From: an uncultured delta proteobacterium
Lineage (GTDB): Bacteria > Desulfobacterota > Binatia > UBA9968
Direction: 5' to 3'
Assembly: GCA_963771465.1 (NCBI GenBank)
Contig: CAVYTU010000017.1
Span: 448,001 to 512,000, forward strand
DNA: 64,000 bases
Positions 19,097 through 30,475 of the stretch are shown here, piece after piece. Position 1 is the stretch's first letter. Each line of letters starts with the position of its first letter. The position numbers were made by a program, and so were the translations under genes. The notes beneath the pieces were generated by a model. That model had not been told where the DNA came from. It saw only the letters and a list, made by a program, of their open reading frames with translations, and searched no databases.

Positions 19097-20065
19097 ATGT
19101 CTAGCCGGCTCTCTTCCATCACGATCATCCTAGCCCTGTTTTTTCAATACAGCGTTGCGCATGGGCAGGAAAGAATTAAGCTGCGTGTCAGCTCAGCGGC
19201 TAAGACGCTTGGCTACGGTCCGCTTTGGATCGCGTCTAAAATGGGTTTCTTCGCGCGCGAGGGGTTAGATGTCGATCTGGTCGTCATTCGCGCCTCGGAC
19301 GTCGGTATTCAAGCGTTGGCAGGCGGGTCGCTTGAAATTGCCGGCAGCGCTGCCGACGCGCCCATCGCGGCGATCGAGAAAGGACTCGATCTAGTGATCG
19401 TCGGTGGGATCATCAATGGATTAACGCAATCGATCATGGCGGCCAAGAAGTTCAAAGCCTACGGCGATCTACGTGGCGCGACCTTTGGCGCCATCAGTCT
19501 AACTTCCGGCGTCACCTTTGCGCTGCGGCAAGTGCTGAAAGTGAAAGGGCTCGAGTATCCGCGCGACTACAAACTGCTGGTCATCGGCGGCACGCCGCAA
19601 ACCTTCGCGGCCTTGACCGCCGGCGCGATTGACGCCGCGGCATTGTCGCTGCCGGTTAATTACGCCGCGGAAGAGCAAGGGTTTAACGAGATCGGCCGGT
19701 TCGTCGACGTCATTCCCAACTATCAACTGGCTGCATTATCGGCCAAGCGGTCGTGGGCCGAGAGGAACCGCGGCGTCCTGGTGCGCGTGATGAAAGCGAT
19801 GGCGCAAACCATGCGTTGGATGCATCAGAATAAAGAACCGGCGGTGGACTATCTCGCCAAAGAGATGAACCTCAAGCGCGAGCATGCCCGGCGCGGTTGG
19901 GAATTCTATACCGCCAGCAAAATGTGGCATCCCGACGGTGATCTCAACCTCGACGGCCTCCAAGTGGTTACGCAAATTTATTGGGAGCAAACTCAATCCA
20001 AAGGCGCGGTGCCGAGCGCGGCGAAGTATGTCGATCAGAATTATCTCCGCGAAGCGCTTAAGTAG
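19097..20065 (+). CDS. NMT1/SsuA-family substrate-binding protein, close paralogue of 11509-12492
   Basis: KTLGYGPLWIASKMGFF and GLEYPRDYKLLVIGG shared with 11509-12492. Confidence 0.85.
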   Translation: MSSRLSSITIILALFFQYSVAHGQERIKLRVSSAAKTLGYGPLWIASKMGFFAREGLDVDLVVIRASDVGIQALAGGSLEIAGSAADAPIAAIEKGLDLVIVGGIINGLTQSIMAAKKFKAYGDLRGATFGAISLTSGVTFALRQVLKVKGLEYPRDYKLLVIGGTPQTFAALTAGAIDAAALSLPVNYAAEEQGFNEIGRFVDVIPNYQLAALSAKRSWAERNRGVLVRVMKAMAQTMRWMHQNKEPAVDYLAKEMNLKREHARRGWEFYTASKMWHPDGDLNLDGLQVVTQIYWEQTQSKGAVPSAAKYVDQNYLREALK

Positions 20066-20211
20066 TTGACGACGGGCTACAGTTCGGGCTAAGTGCGGGT
20101 GCAGCTCGGTTCTCCTGTGCAATGGCGGTTGGCGCCGCATGGAGTGCGGCGCGTTGCGCCGGCTTACGTCAAAGTCGGCAACTCTCTGAGAAAGGCAACC
20201 TGGGTAAATTA

Positions 20212-20574
20212 ATGGACGGACAATCCGTGGAGCGCTTGATGGATATCATCCTGCAGATGAAAATCAATCTGGCGCATATCAATGAAACGTTGCATCAGCA
20301 AACTTACGAGATTCGCCAGCAGCTCGGCGCGGTATACGAGGATGAAAAGAAATCCTTGGACCGCTGTCTTGCGGGCATCGATGAGAAGCTCAAAGAGTGC
20401 GCGGTCTCGATTGACGATTACCGTCAGCTCCACGCGACCCTGAGCGGCATGCGCGCCAAGCTCGTTCAACTCGGCGGCGATCCAAGTTTTTTGCCGGATG
20501 CGATGCCGGCGGAGTCCATCGACAGCGTGCTCGCCTGGCGCATTCATGACCTTAAAGAACAGGGTAAGCTCTAA
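20212..20574 (+). CDS. Hypothetical coiled-coil protein
   Basis: Helical heptad-rich 120-aa ORF; no family recognised. Confidence 0.6.
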   Translation: MDGQSVERLMDIILQMKINLAHINETLHQQTYEIRQQLGAVYEDEKKSLDRCLAGIDEKLKECAVSIDDYRQLHATLSGMRAKLVQLGGDPSFLPDAMPAESIDSVLAWRIHDLKEQGKL

Positions 20575-20738
20575 GCCTTCAAGCCGCACGAGTTCACTTG
20601 ATCCATAGTTCCACGCAGCGGGCAACCCGATCGCCATCTCGGCGAGAAATTGTCGACAACGTGGTGTCAACTTTTCCCCAGTTTCCAGCCCGTCCGTAAA
20701 ATTGTGGCAAGCCTGGCTGCTTTCATGTTAAATTGTTA

Positions 20739-21422
20739 ATGCTAGTTACCGTCAAAGTGAAACCTTCCGAATCTACTTCCCACGATTACGCCTGGGCCAG
20801 AGAACGCATGGTCCAGGAGCAGATTATTGGCCGTGGCATCGGCGATGCGCGGGTCATCGCGGCGATGCGAAAAATGTCGCGCCACCTTTTTGTCGATCCT
20901 GGTTTGGTTAACCGCGCTTATGACGACAGTGCATTGCCCATCGGTGACAAACAGACGCTCTCGCAACCCTACATGGCGGCGCGCATGACCGAAGCGCTCC
21001 GGCTCACGGGTACGGAAAAGGTATTAGAGGTCGGCACCGGCTCCGGCTACCAGACCGCGCTGCTGGCGGAAATTTGTTTCAATGTATTTTCCGTCGAGAA
21101 ACTGCGCCCTCTGTCGCGCAATGCGCGCACCTTGCTGGACCGACTGGGATATCAAAACATTGCGCTCCATGTTGGCGATGGGACCATCGGCTGGTCCGAA
21201 CATGCACCCTATGACGCAATCATTGTCACGGCGGGGGCGCCTCATACGCCCAAACCGCTGCTCGATCAGCTTTCGGTCGGGGGCCGGTTGGTCATACCGA
21301 TCGGCGATGAGCAGACCCAAACTCTCATCCGCGTTACCCGTACGCGCACGAGTTTCAAGGAAGAACAACTGGGCGAATGCAAGTTCGTCAGGCTGTTGGG
21401 CAAATACGGTTGGCGGGAATAG
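20739..21422 (+). CDS. pcm: Protein-L-isoaspartate O-methyltransferase
   Basis: QTLSQPYMAARM, VLEVGTGSGYQTA, APYDAIIVTAGA; start approximate. Confidence 0.92.
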   Translation: MLVTVKVKPSESTSHDYAWARERMVQEQIIGRGIGDARVIAAMRKMSRHLFVDPGLVNRAYDDSALPIGDKQTLSQPYMAARMTEALRLTGTEKVLEVGTGSGYQTALLAEICFNVFSVEKLRPLSRNARTLLDRLGYQNIALHVGDGTIGWSEHAPYDAIIVTAGAPHTPKPLLDQLSVGGRLVIPIGDEQTQTLIRVTRTRTSFKEEQLGECKFVRLLGKYGWRE

Positions 21423-21514
21423 ATTCGGTTTTGGCTTTTCGAGCTTCGAATCGGTGCGGACTTGATCGCCCAATCTTTGGGCGCACTGGCTATTCTTGTC
21501 GTAGCCAAAACTCC

Positions 21515-22267
21515 ATGAATTCGCCGATTGGATTTGCCGGCATCGGCTTCGCAGTAATCTTGCTCGCTGGCTGCGGCGCGAAATCCGTTAGTCTGCCGCA
21601 GGGATCGGCGAGAGGCGCCACGGGCGTTTATCATGCGGTTAGAGCTGGCGAGAATTTGTTCCGCATCGGTAAAGCGTACGATGTGCCGTTTGAAGAACTG
21701 GCGCGGCTTAACGGAATCCGCGACGCGAGTCAAATAAGCGTCGGGCAAAAAATTTTTATTCCCGGTGCGACGCGCCCGTTGCCGGTGGGAACGATCACAC
21801 CCACCGATGCCGTCGCGCCGTCACGCGCCGCGCCGCTAGCTCAGGAGCCGAACGGTGATCAGTTTCTTTGGCCGGTCAGCGGCGCAATCAATTCCGGCTA
21901 CGGCGCGCGCGGCGCTAGTTTTCACGATGGTATCGATATCGCTGCAGCCGAGGGAACGCCGATCTACGCGGTGGAGCGGGGCGAGGTCGTCTACAGCGAT
22001 CAATTGCGCGGCTACGGCAACATGGTGATCATCCGCCACGCCGGCGCAATCGCTTCGGTTTACGCCCATAACCAAATCAATTTAGTGCGCGACGGCCAGC
22101 AGGTGGCGAAGGGCGAGGTTATCGCCAAGGTTGGCAGCACCGGCCGAGTGACCGGACCGCATTTGCATTTTGAAATCCGCAAGAACAATGCGGCGCAAGA
22201 TCCGTTACGCTATCTACCGCAGTTGTGCTGCGTTCCGGCTTCCGATACTGTTACCCCGAAAGATTGA
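21515..22267 (+). CDS. LysM/M23 peptidase lipoprotein (NlpD-like)
   Basis: Lipobox LAGC, LysM (YHAVRAGENLFRIG), M23 HDGIDI and HLHFE; follows pcm. Confidence 0.88.
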   Translation: MNSPIGFAGIGFAVILLAGCGAKSVSLPQGSARGATGVYHAVRAGENLFRIGKAYDVPFEELARLNGIRDASQISVGQKIFIPGATRPLPVGTITPTDAVAPSRAAPLAQEPNGDQFLWPVSGAINSGYGARGASFHDGIDIAAAEGTPIYAVERGEVVYSDQLRGYGNMVIIRHAGAIASVYAHNQINLVRDGQQVAKGEVIAKVGSTGRVTGPHLHFEIRKNNAAQDPLRYLPQLCCVPASDTVTPKD

Positions 22268-22297
22268 GAGTCCGACGAGTAAAGAGAACATTTAGAG

Positions 22298-23446
22298 ATG
22301 AAAGAGTTAGCAAAAATTAGAAATGATGTCGTCGGTAGTCTGCTCCGGCCGGCAGCGTTGAAACAAGCGCGAGTGCGCTACGACGAAGGCAAAATTAGCC
22401 TTGACGAGTTGCGCCAGATCGAAGATCAAAACATTCGCGACGCGGTGCAGCTACAAGAATCGATCGGCTTATCCGTCGTGACCGATGGCGAGTATCGGCG
22501 CTTGAACTTTCAAGATAGTTTCGGCGAATCGGTGGCCGGTTTTGACGCTGGCAAACCAAGCCTTCATTTCTACGAGAAACGGGTCGAAGGCAGCAGCCCG
22601 CTCCAGCGCTGGGAGATTCCCGACCAAGGCGAACAGAAAGGCACGGCGGTGGCGCAGCGCCGGCCGGCCGCTCAGAAGATCAGCCTGGCGCGCAACGTGC
22701 CCGCGGACGAGTTCCAGTTCCTGAAACAAGTCGCGCACCATCCCGGCAAAGTCGCGCTCATCGGCCCGGATCGAATTTCCCAGCGCTTCGACTGGCAGAA
22801 TTCTAAAAATATCTATACCGGACTCGACGACTTCGTCGCCGATGTGGTCAAAGTCGAGCGCGAAATCATCCGCGGCTTGGTCGACGCCGGTTGCCGCTAC
22901 GTGCAGATCGACGCGCCGGGGTATACGGCCTATGTCGATCCGCCGTCCTTGGCGGCGATGCGTGACCGCGGCGAAGATCCGAAAGAAAATTTCACCCGGT
23001 CGTTAAAGGCCGATAACGCTACGCTCGCGGGCTTCGACGACGTGACTTTCGGCATTCATCTTTGCCGCGGCAATCAGCGCAGCATGTGGCATCGTGAGGG
23101 CACCTACGACGACATCGCCGAGCGCTTGCTGAACGAGCTTAACTACGACCGATTTCTGTTCGAGTACGACACGCCGCGCGCCGGCGGTTTTGAGCCGTTG
23201 CGTTTCTTGCCCAAGGGTAAAGTGATCGTTCTCGGACTCGTCAGCACGAAGGTGCCGCAGTTGGAAACGGTGGACGATCTCAAACGGCGCATCGATCAAG
23301 CGGCAAAGTTCGCGCCGCTCGAGCAAATCGCGATCAGCCCGCAGTGCGGTTTTTCTTCCGACGTGGTCGGCAACTTGATCAGCGACGACGATCAAAAGCG
23401 CAAGCTTGAGTTGGTCGTCGAAACCGCGCGCCAGGTTTGGGGCTGA
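22298..23446 (+). CDS. Cobalamin-independent methionine synthase II family protein
   Basis: VVGSLLRP, TDGEYRR, Zn ligands HLCRGN and SPQCGF. Confidence 0.85.
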   Translation: MKELAKIRNDVVGSLLRPAALKQARVRYDEGKISLDELRQIEDQNIRDAVQLQESIGLSVVTDGEYRRLNFQDSFGESVAGFDAGKPSLHFYEKRVEGSSPLQRWEIPDQGEQKGTAVAQRRPAAQKISLARNVPADEFQFLKQVAHHPGKVALIGPDRISQRFDWQNSKNIYTGLDDFVADVVKVEREIIRGLVDAGCRYVQIDAPGYTAYVDPPSLAAMRDRGEDPKENFTRSLKADNATLAGFDDVTFGIHLCRGNQRSMWHREGTYDDIAERLLNELNYDRFLFEYDTPRAGGFEPLRFLPKGKVIVLGLVSTKVPQLETVDDLKRRIDQAAKFAPLEQIAISPQCGFSSDVVGNLISDDDQKRKLELVVETARQVWG

Positions 23447-23470
23447 GCTTCGCTTTGCGAAGATTTACGA

Positions 23471-23512
23471 ATTCCAGATTCAAAATTTCAAATTTCAGAT
23501 TGCCGAGTTTCG
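23471..23512. repeat. 7-nt-period tandem repeat
   Basis: ATTCCAG ATTCAAA ATTTCAA ATTTCAG ATTGCCG. Confidence 0.6.
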
Positions 23513-23526
23513 AGAGGTGAGTGAGC

Positions 23527-24063
23527 ATGGGCGATGATATTGCCAGCATCAGGAGCGCGATTCGCGAGATTCCAGATTTTCCCAAGCCGGGGATTGTATT
23601 TAAAGACATTACGCCGTTGCTCGGCGACGGCCGATTGTTTGCCAAGACCATTGATCTTATGGCGGCGCGTTATCGCGGACAGAAGATCGATACCGTGCTC
23701 GGGATCGAGTCCCGTGGTTTTATCGTCGGCGCGGCATTAGCTTACAAATTGGGTGCGGGCTTCAGCGTCGTGCGTAAGCCGGGCAAGTTGCCTTATGAGA
23801 CCCATAGCGCGAGCTACGAATTGGAGTATGGCAAGGACACACTGGAAATTCACATTGACGCTATACCACCCAAGGCACGGGTGATCATTGCCGACGATCT
23901 CATCGCCACCGGCGGCACGGCAAAGGCGACCGCCGAGCTGGTGTCGAAGCTCGGCGGCACGGTCGTCGAATGCGCCTTTGTCATCGAACTGTCATTTCTC
24001 AACGGGCGGCAGAAACTCTCGCCTCATCCAGTCTATTCCGTGCTCCAATATGACTGCGAATAG
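23527..24063 (+). CDS. apt: Adenine phosphoribosyltransferase
   Basis: [39 protein letters not shown]. Confidence 0.95.
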   Translation: MGDDIASIRSAIREIPDFPKPGIVFKDITPLLGDGRLFAKTIDLMAARYRGQKIDTVLGIESRGFIVGAALAYKLGAGFSVVRKPGKLPYETHSASYELEYGKDTLEIHIDAIPPKARVIIADDLIATGGTAKATAELVSKLGGTVVECAFVIELSFLNGRQKLSPHPVYSVLQYDCE

Positions 24064-24100
24064 CGCGGCGAGAGGTCGCGTTTACTGGCGTTGCGATTCC

Positions 24101-24129
24101 TTGACATCCCCCGACATTCGACTATAAGT
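24101..24129 (+). promoter_or_regulatory. Putative sigma70-type promoter
   Basis: TTGACA-N16-TATAAG(T). Confidence 0.5.
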
Positions 24130-24221
24130 TGAAGTCAGCTAGAGCATGGACACCCAATCGCGGCCGCCGGTTGTTTCACGATGGCGCCGTGCCACGATCA
24201 CCGCAAACTAAGGAAAATTTG

Positions 24222-24791
24222 ATGAAGCGTATCGAAGAAATGTCACTCTGGGAACGGCTCTATTTCCCGGAAGTTTTTCGCGGTTTGATGGTCACCGGCT
24301 ACCGCTTTTGGCGTAATCTCGCGGTGCACAGCTTGCAAAAATTTGGCCTGGCTCGAGAAAAGTCAGCATCGATTACCGTGCAGTATCCTGAAGAACGCTG
24401 GCCTTATCCTGATACCTATCGCGGCCGCCATCGTTTGACGCTCAAAGATGACGGCGCGGTGCAGTGTACCGCCTGTTTTCTCTGTGCCACCGCGTGTCCC
24501 GCGGACTGTATTTACATCGAAGCGGGCGAGTATGCTGACAAGTCGGTGGAGAAGTTTCCCATCCGCTATGAAATCGACACCTTGCGCTGTGTCTATTGCG
24601 GCTTTTGCGTCGAAGCTTGTCCGTGCGACGCGATTCGCATGGACTCCGGCACCCACCCGGGCAATCTCGGGTTCAGCCGCAAAGAGTTTGTCGAAACCAA
24701 AGAAGTATTGATGGAGCGTTCCAAGGAGTTGGCCGAGAAGGGTAAAGAGGGATTGTACGAAAGCTACGTCAAACCTTACCGTCACGTCTAA
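24222..24791 (+). CDS. nuoI: NADH-quinone oxidoreductase subunit I-like 2x[4Fe-4S] protein
   Basis: TVQYPEE, YRGRHRL, CTACFLCATACP, CVYCGFCVEACPCDAI. Confidence 0.85.
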   Translation: MKRIEEMSLWERLYFPEVFRGLMVTGYRFWRNLAVHSLQKFGLAREKSASITVQYPEERWPYPDTYRGRHRLTLKDDGAVQCTACFLCATACPADCIYIEAGEYADKSVEKFPIRYEIDTLRCVYCGFCVEACPCDAIRMDSGTHPGNLGFSRKEFVETKEVLMERSKELAEKGKEGLYESYVKPYRHV

Positions 24792-24821
24792 ACAGTTTGG
24801 CGCTCACCAAGCCGAGCCTGA

Positions 24822-26792
<1,971 letters not shown>

Positions 26793-26816
26793 AAATTTAG
26801 CATACAATTCGTATTC

Positions 26817-26844
26817 AAACTGGCCGCCTCGCGCGGCCAGTTTT
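26817..26844 (+). terminator. Rho-independent terminator after thiC
   Basis: AAACTGGCCGC-CTCGC-GCGGCCAGTTTT. Confidence 0.7.
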
Positions 26845-26893
26845 GTTTCTAGCTCTCAGTTCATCTCTGGTGCGCGTAATTACTGATCGCTCC

Positions 26894-27400
26894 ATGCGCA
26901 TTCTGCTTTACGGTTTTGGCCCTTACCGCGAGTTCCGCGATAACATCACTGCGCGGATCATTAAATCATTACCGCGCCGTACCGGGGTCAAGAAATTAAT
27001 TTTTTCGGTGCGCTTTCAGCGCCGGCAATTTATCGACGCGCTCAATCGCTATCGGCCGGACGTCGTGCTTGGATTGGGGCAAAGTTCACGTAAACGAATC
27101 GAGGTTGAAAGCCGCGCGATCAATCGTCGCCGCGGGGGTCAATCGGAACGGGCGCGGCCGATTTTGAAAGACAAGCCCAAGTCCTTGCCAACATCGTTAC
27201 CGATTCATGCCGGCCGTTGGGCCGGGATCTCTATTAACGCCGGCGACTATGTCTGCAACTATTCGATGTTTGTCCTGTTAGAGGAGATTGACCGTCGGCA
27301 GTTGAGAACGCGCTTCGGCTTCGTTCATATTCCGCACGATTACGATCAGCGAAAGGCCATCGAGTACGTGCAGAGAATTCTCCAGCAGTGTCAACCTTGA
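26894..27400 (+). CDS. Pyroglutamyl-peptidase I (C15) family protein
   Basis: ILLYGFGPY, VESRAIN, NAGDYVCN (catalytic Cys), GFVHIP (His). Confidence 0.8.
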   Translation: MRILLYGFGPYREFRDNITARIIKSLPRRTGVKKLIFSVRFQRRQFIDALNRYRPDVVLGLGQSSRKRIEVESRAINRRRGGQSERARPILKDKPKSLPTSLPIHAGRWAGISINAGDYVCNYSMFVLLEEIDRRQLRTRFGFVHIPHDYDQRKAIEYVQRILQQCQP

Positions 27401-27485
27401 TCTTTGGACTCGATCTAACCGAGCCATTTGGAACTTAACCGTTGATTTGTTAGTCTCGCGAAAATTCGGATCCACGAGAGCAAAC

Positions 27486-28076
<591 letters not shown>

Positions 28077-28144
28077 CCTTGACCACCAAGCATCGTCCAA
28101 AGCAAACGTGGCGCGCCGGCGCGTGGTTGTCGTCGCGGCGTTCG

Positions 28145-29014
28145 TCAGCTTGTCAACCGCCGTAACGCTTCGCTGTACTTATCCTGAGTTTTCTTGACGA
28201 TCTCCAGCGGTAATGCCGGCGGCGGCGATTTCATGTCCCAGGGTAGACTCAGCAGGTAATCGCGCACGAACTGCTTGTCGAAGCTGTCGGGTGACTTGCC
28301 GGGTTTGTAACTGTCCATCGGCCAGAAACGGGAAGAGTCGGGAGTCAGCACTTCGTCGATCAAGAGAATGTCATTGCCTTCCATGCCGAACTCAAATTTG
28401 GTGTCGGCGATGATGATGCCTTTCTTCTCGCCGAGTTCGCGGGCGCGTTGATAGATTGCCACGGTCGCGTCGCGCATTTTCGTGGCGAGAGTCTTGCCCA
28501 CTTTCCCGACCATTTGATCAAACGTGATGTTGACGTCGTGGGCGCCGACTGGGGCTTTGGTCGACGGGGTAAAAATTGGCTCGTCGAGTCGAGCCGCTTC
28601 GACCAACCCTTTTGGCAAGGATATGCCGCACAGCGATCCAGTCTGTTGATAATCTTTCCAGCCCGAGCCGGCGAGGTAGCCGCGCACGATACATTCCACC
28701 GGCGCCGGCGTGCTTTTCTTGACCAGCATGCTGCGCCCTTCCAGATTGGCTTTGTGCGGCTGACAGGCGCTGGGAAACTCTTCGACTCGGGTCGTGATCA
28801 AATGATTGGGAACGAGGTCTTTTATGATCGCGAACCAGAATTCGGACATCTGCGTTAGTATCTTTCCTTTGTCAGGAATGAGAGTCGGCAAGATGACGTC
28901 GAATGCGGAGATACGGTCGCTGGCAACGAGCAGGAGTTTGTCGTCCAAGTCATAGATGTCGCGAACCTTGCCGCGACTAAACAGTTTCAAACCTGAAAGC
29001 GTTTGATCAGCCAT
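28145..29014 (-). CDS. purC: SAICAR synthetase
   Basis: [39 protein letters not shown]. Confidence 0.96.
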   Translation of the reverse strand: MADQTLSGLKLFSRGKVRDIYDLDDKLLLVASDRISAFDVILPTLIPDKGKILTQMSEFWFAIIKDLVPNHLITTRVEEFPSACQPHKANLEGRSMLVKKSTPAPVECIVRGYLAGSGWKDYQQTGSLCGISLPKGLVEAARLDEPIFTPSTKAPVGAHDVNITFDQMVGKVGKTLATKMRDATVAIYQRARELGEKKGIIIADTKFEFGMEGNDILLIDEVLTPDSSRFWPMDSYKPGKSPDSFDKQFVRDYLLSLPWDMKSPPPALPLEIVKKTQDKYSEALRRLTS

Positions 29015-29309
29015 GTGAGAACCTTTCCTAGCAGGTGGAATTAGATGATCGGTTGCCAGTGGAATTTGCGGTGGGCCCCGATGCGAAATCTATCCAGACC
29101 ATATCGATGATTCTGTGTCAATTGGCATCGATAGCGTTTCCCGATTTGCTCGTGAACCCAACTTATGGCGGTGGTTGAAAACTTATCGATATCGAGGTCG
29201 TTTTAGGGATATCGGTTTCGGGTGATTGAGATCCTCTAGACATACGTTCCCGCAGCGAAAAGCTTCGCTTCTTTCTGAAGACGCAGCGGTCAACGCGAAC
29301 GAATTCGCC

Positions 29310-29468
29310 TTAGAATTTATGTGTGGCCTTGCCGATCAGCGCGATTCCCGCAAGCAGCCCTATCGACGCGAACAGGGCCAGTCCAGGCGCTTCGCGAATT
29401 TGGTATAGACCAACGGCACCCAAGATGATGAGGCCCACTCCGGCGATCATATAAGTCGTCGTGTTCAT
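29310..29468 (-). CDS. 52-aa two-helix membrane protein
   Basis: RBS GGGAGG; MNTTTYMIAGVGLIILGAVGLY...LALFASIGLLAGIALIGK has two hydrophobic segments. Confidence 0.7.
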   Translation of the reverse strand: MNTTTYMIAGVGLIILGAVGLYQIREAPGLALFASIGLLAGIALIGKATHKF

Positions 29469-29516
29469 GTCCAGTACCTCCCTTATTGACCAACGCCTTT
29501 GACTAGAGCTTGAGCC

Positions 29517-29558
29517 AAAAAAAAGACCGACCGGAAACCTAAATTTCCCGGGTCGGCC
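29517..29558 (-). terminator. Intrinsic terminator in the leader of the 52-aa protein
   Basis: GGCCGACC/GGUCGGUC stem, inner GGAAAU/GUUUCC stem, 8 U. Confidence 0.8.
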
Positions 29559-29620
29559 CATTTCCCAACTGGTTGGATTGAATTTCAATCCGACCCTTCG
29601 GGAGATCGTCAGACTGCGCC
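29517..29620 (-). ncRNA. Candidate cis-regulatory RNA (riboswitch/attenuator) with overlapping intrinsic terminator
   Basis: GCAGUCUGACGAU..UCCCGA..GGAUUGA-AAU-UCAAUCC..UUGGGA..GGGCCG, then terminator GGCCGACC..GGUCGGUC-U8. Confidence 0.65.
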
Positions 29621-29621
29621 A

Positions 29622-29650
29622 CTTATAGAAACGACGCGATGGATTGTCAA
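29622..29650 (-). promoter_or_regulatory. Putative sigma70-type promoter overlapping the DUF2294 stop codon
   Basis: TTGACA-N17-TATAAG. Confidence 0.6.
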
Positions 29651-30024
29651 GAGTCCCTTTTGCGCGCGAGGGTTTTCTCGAGGTTGTTTTCCAGGGCGAA
29701 GACAAAGACCCGTTCGCCGGATTCGGTGCTGATGTCGGTGTACAGATCGAGAATTTTCGTGCCGGTGATATCGCCAACGACCTGATACAAAAGCGGGCGC
29801 GCTTTGTCGATCAGAGTCGCGCGCATTTTTTTGACCAACTCTTTGCCGTCGATCGACTTTGTCAATTGTTCTTCCGCCGGGGTCAAAACACCTTTGAGAC
29901 GAACAACAACCAAATCTTCGACGATATGGACGCGCGTTTCTTTCGGGCCGCGGCCCATGTAGTCGATCTCGAATTGAACGATGGCGCAGCTAATTTCGGC
30001 TTCGATTTCGCCTTTGGTTTTCAT
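29647..30024 (-). CDS. DUF2294 / MpsC (YbcI) family protein
   Basis: MKTKGEIEAEIS, YMGRGP, LKGVLTPAEEQL, DISTESGERVFVF. Confidence 0.88.
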   Translation of the reverse strand: MKTKGEIEAEISCAIVQFEIDYMGRGPKETRVHIVEDLVVVRLKGVLTPAEEQLTKSIDGKELVKKMRATLIDKARPLLYQVVGDITGTKILDLYTDISTESGERVFVFALENNLEKTLARKRDS

Positions 30025-30064
30025 GGCCAAGCGGGAAATGAGCACACGCCGTGTGACGCCAGGA

Positions 30065-30418
30065 TCAATGCTGCAGAAGTTCTTTGACTTCAGCTTCGTT
30101 AAAGCCGGTTAGTTTCTTTCTCCCCTGGATGATCACGGGACGCCTTAATAGATTCGCGTCCTTGAGCATGAGCTTGATCGCCTCTTCTTTTGCCGGCGGC
30201 TTTTGCTTCATATTCTTTTCCCGATAGAGCGACGTGCGGGTGTTGAGAAACGACTCTATCGGGCTGTCGCCGATCAGCTCGCGCAACTCTTTTTCCGTAA
30301 ACGGATTCTTGCCGTACTCCCGTTCTTCAAGGTCGACTTTTTTTGATTGCAAGAAACTTCTTGCTTTACGGCAAGTCGTTCAGCTCGCTTTGTAGAAGAA
30401 ACGAATCTTGTCAGCCAT
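30065..30418 (-). CDS. ArsC/Spx-family thioredoxin-fold selenoprotein (UxxC; Sec at TGA 30380-30382), 117 aa
   Basis: RBS AGGAG + MADKIRFFYKAS-U-TTCRKARSFL in frame with ...LLRRPVII; hairpin downstream of the UGA. Confidence 0.88.
30349..30364 (-). promoter_or_regulatory. Bacterial SECIS element of the ArsC-like gene
   Basis: GCAAGA-AGUU-UCUUGC stem 15 nt after UGA, with GU in the loop. Confidence 0.7.
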
Positions 30419-30475
30419 GGGAAAACTCCTAGAGTGTTGGAGTGGCGGGTTTTTGCCTAATGCTCCAATCCCTTC

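Noticed and set aside
29469-29777. N-terminal extension of ORF 29310-29777
   Set aside because: Runs through DUF2294, the promoter and the terminator; the RBS supports a start at 29468.
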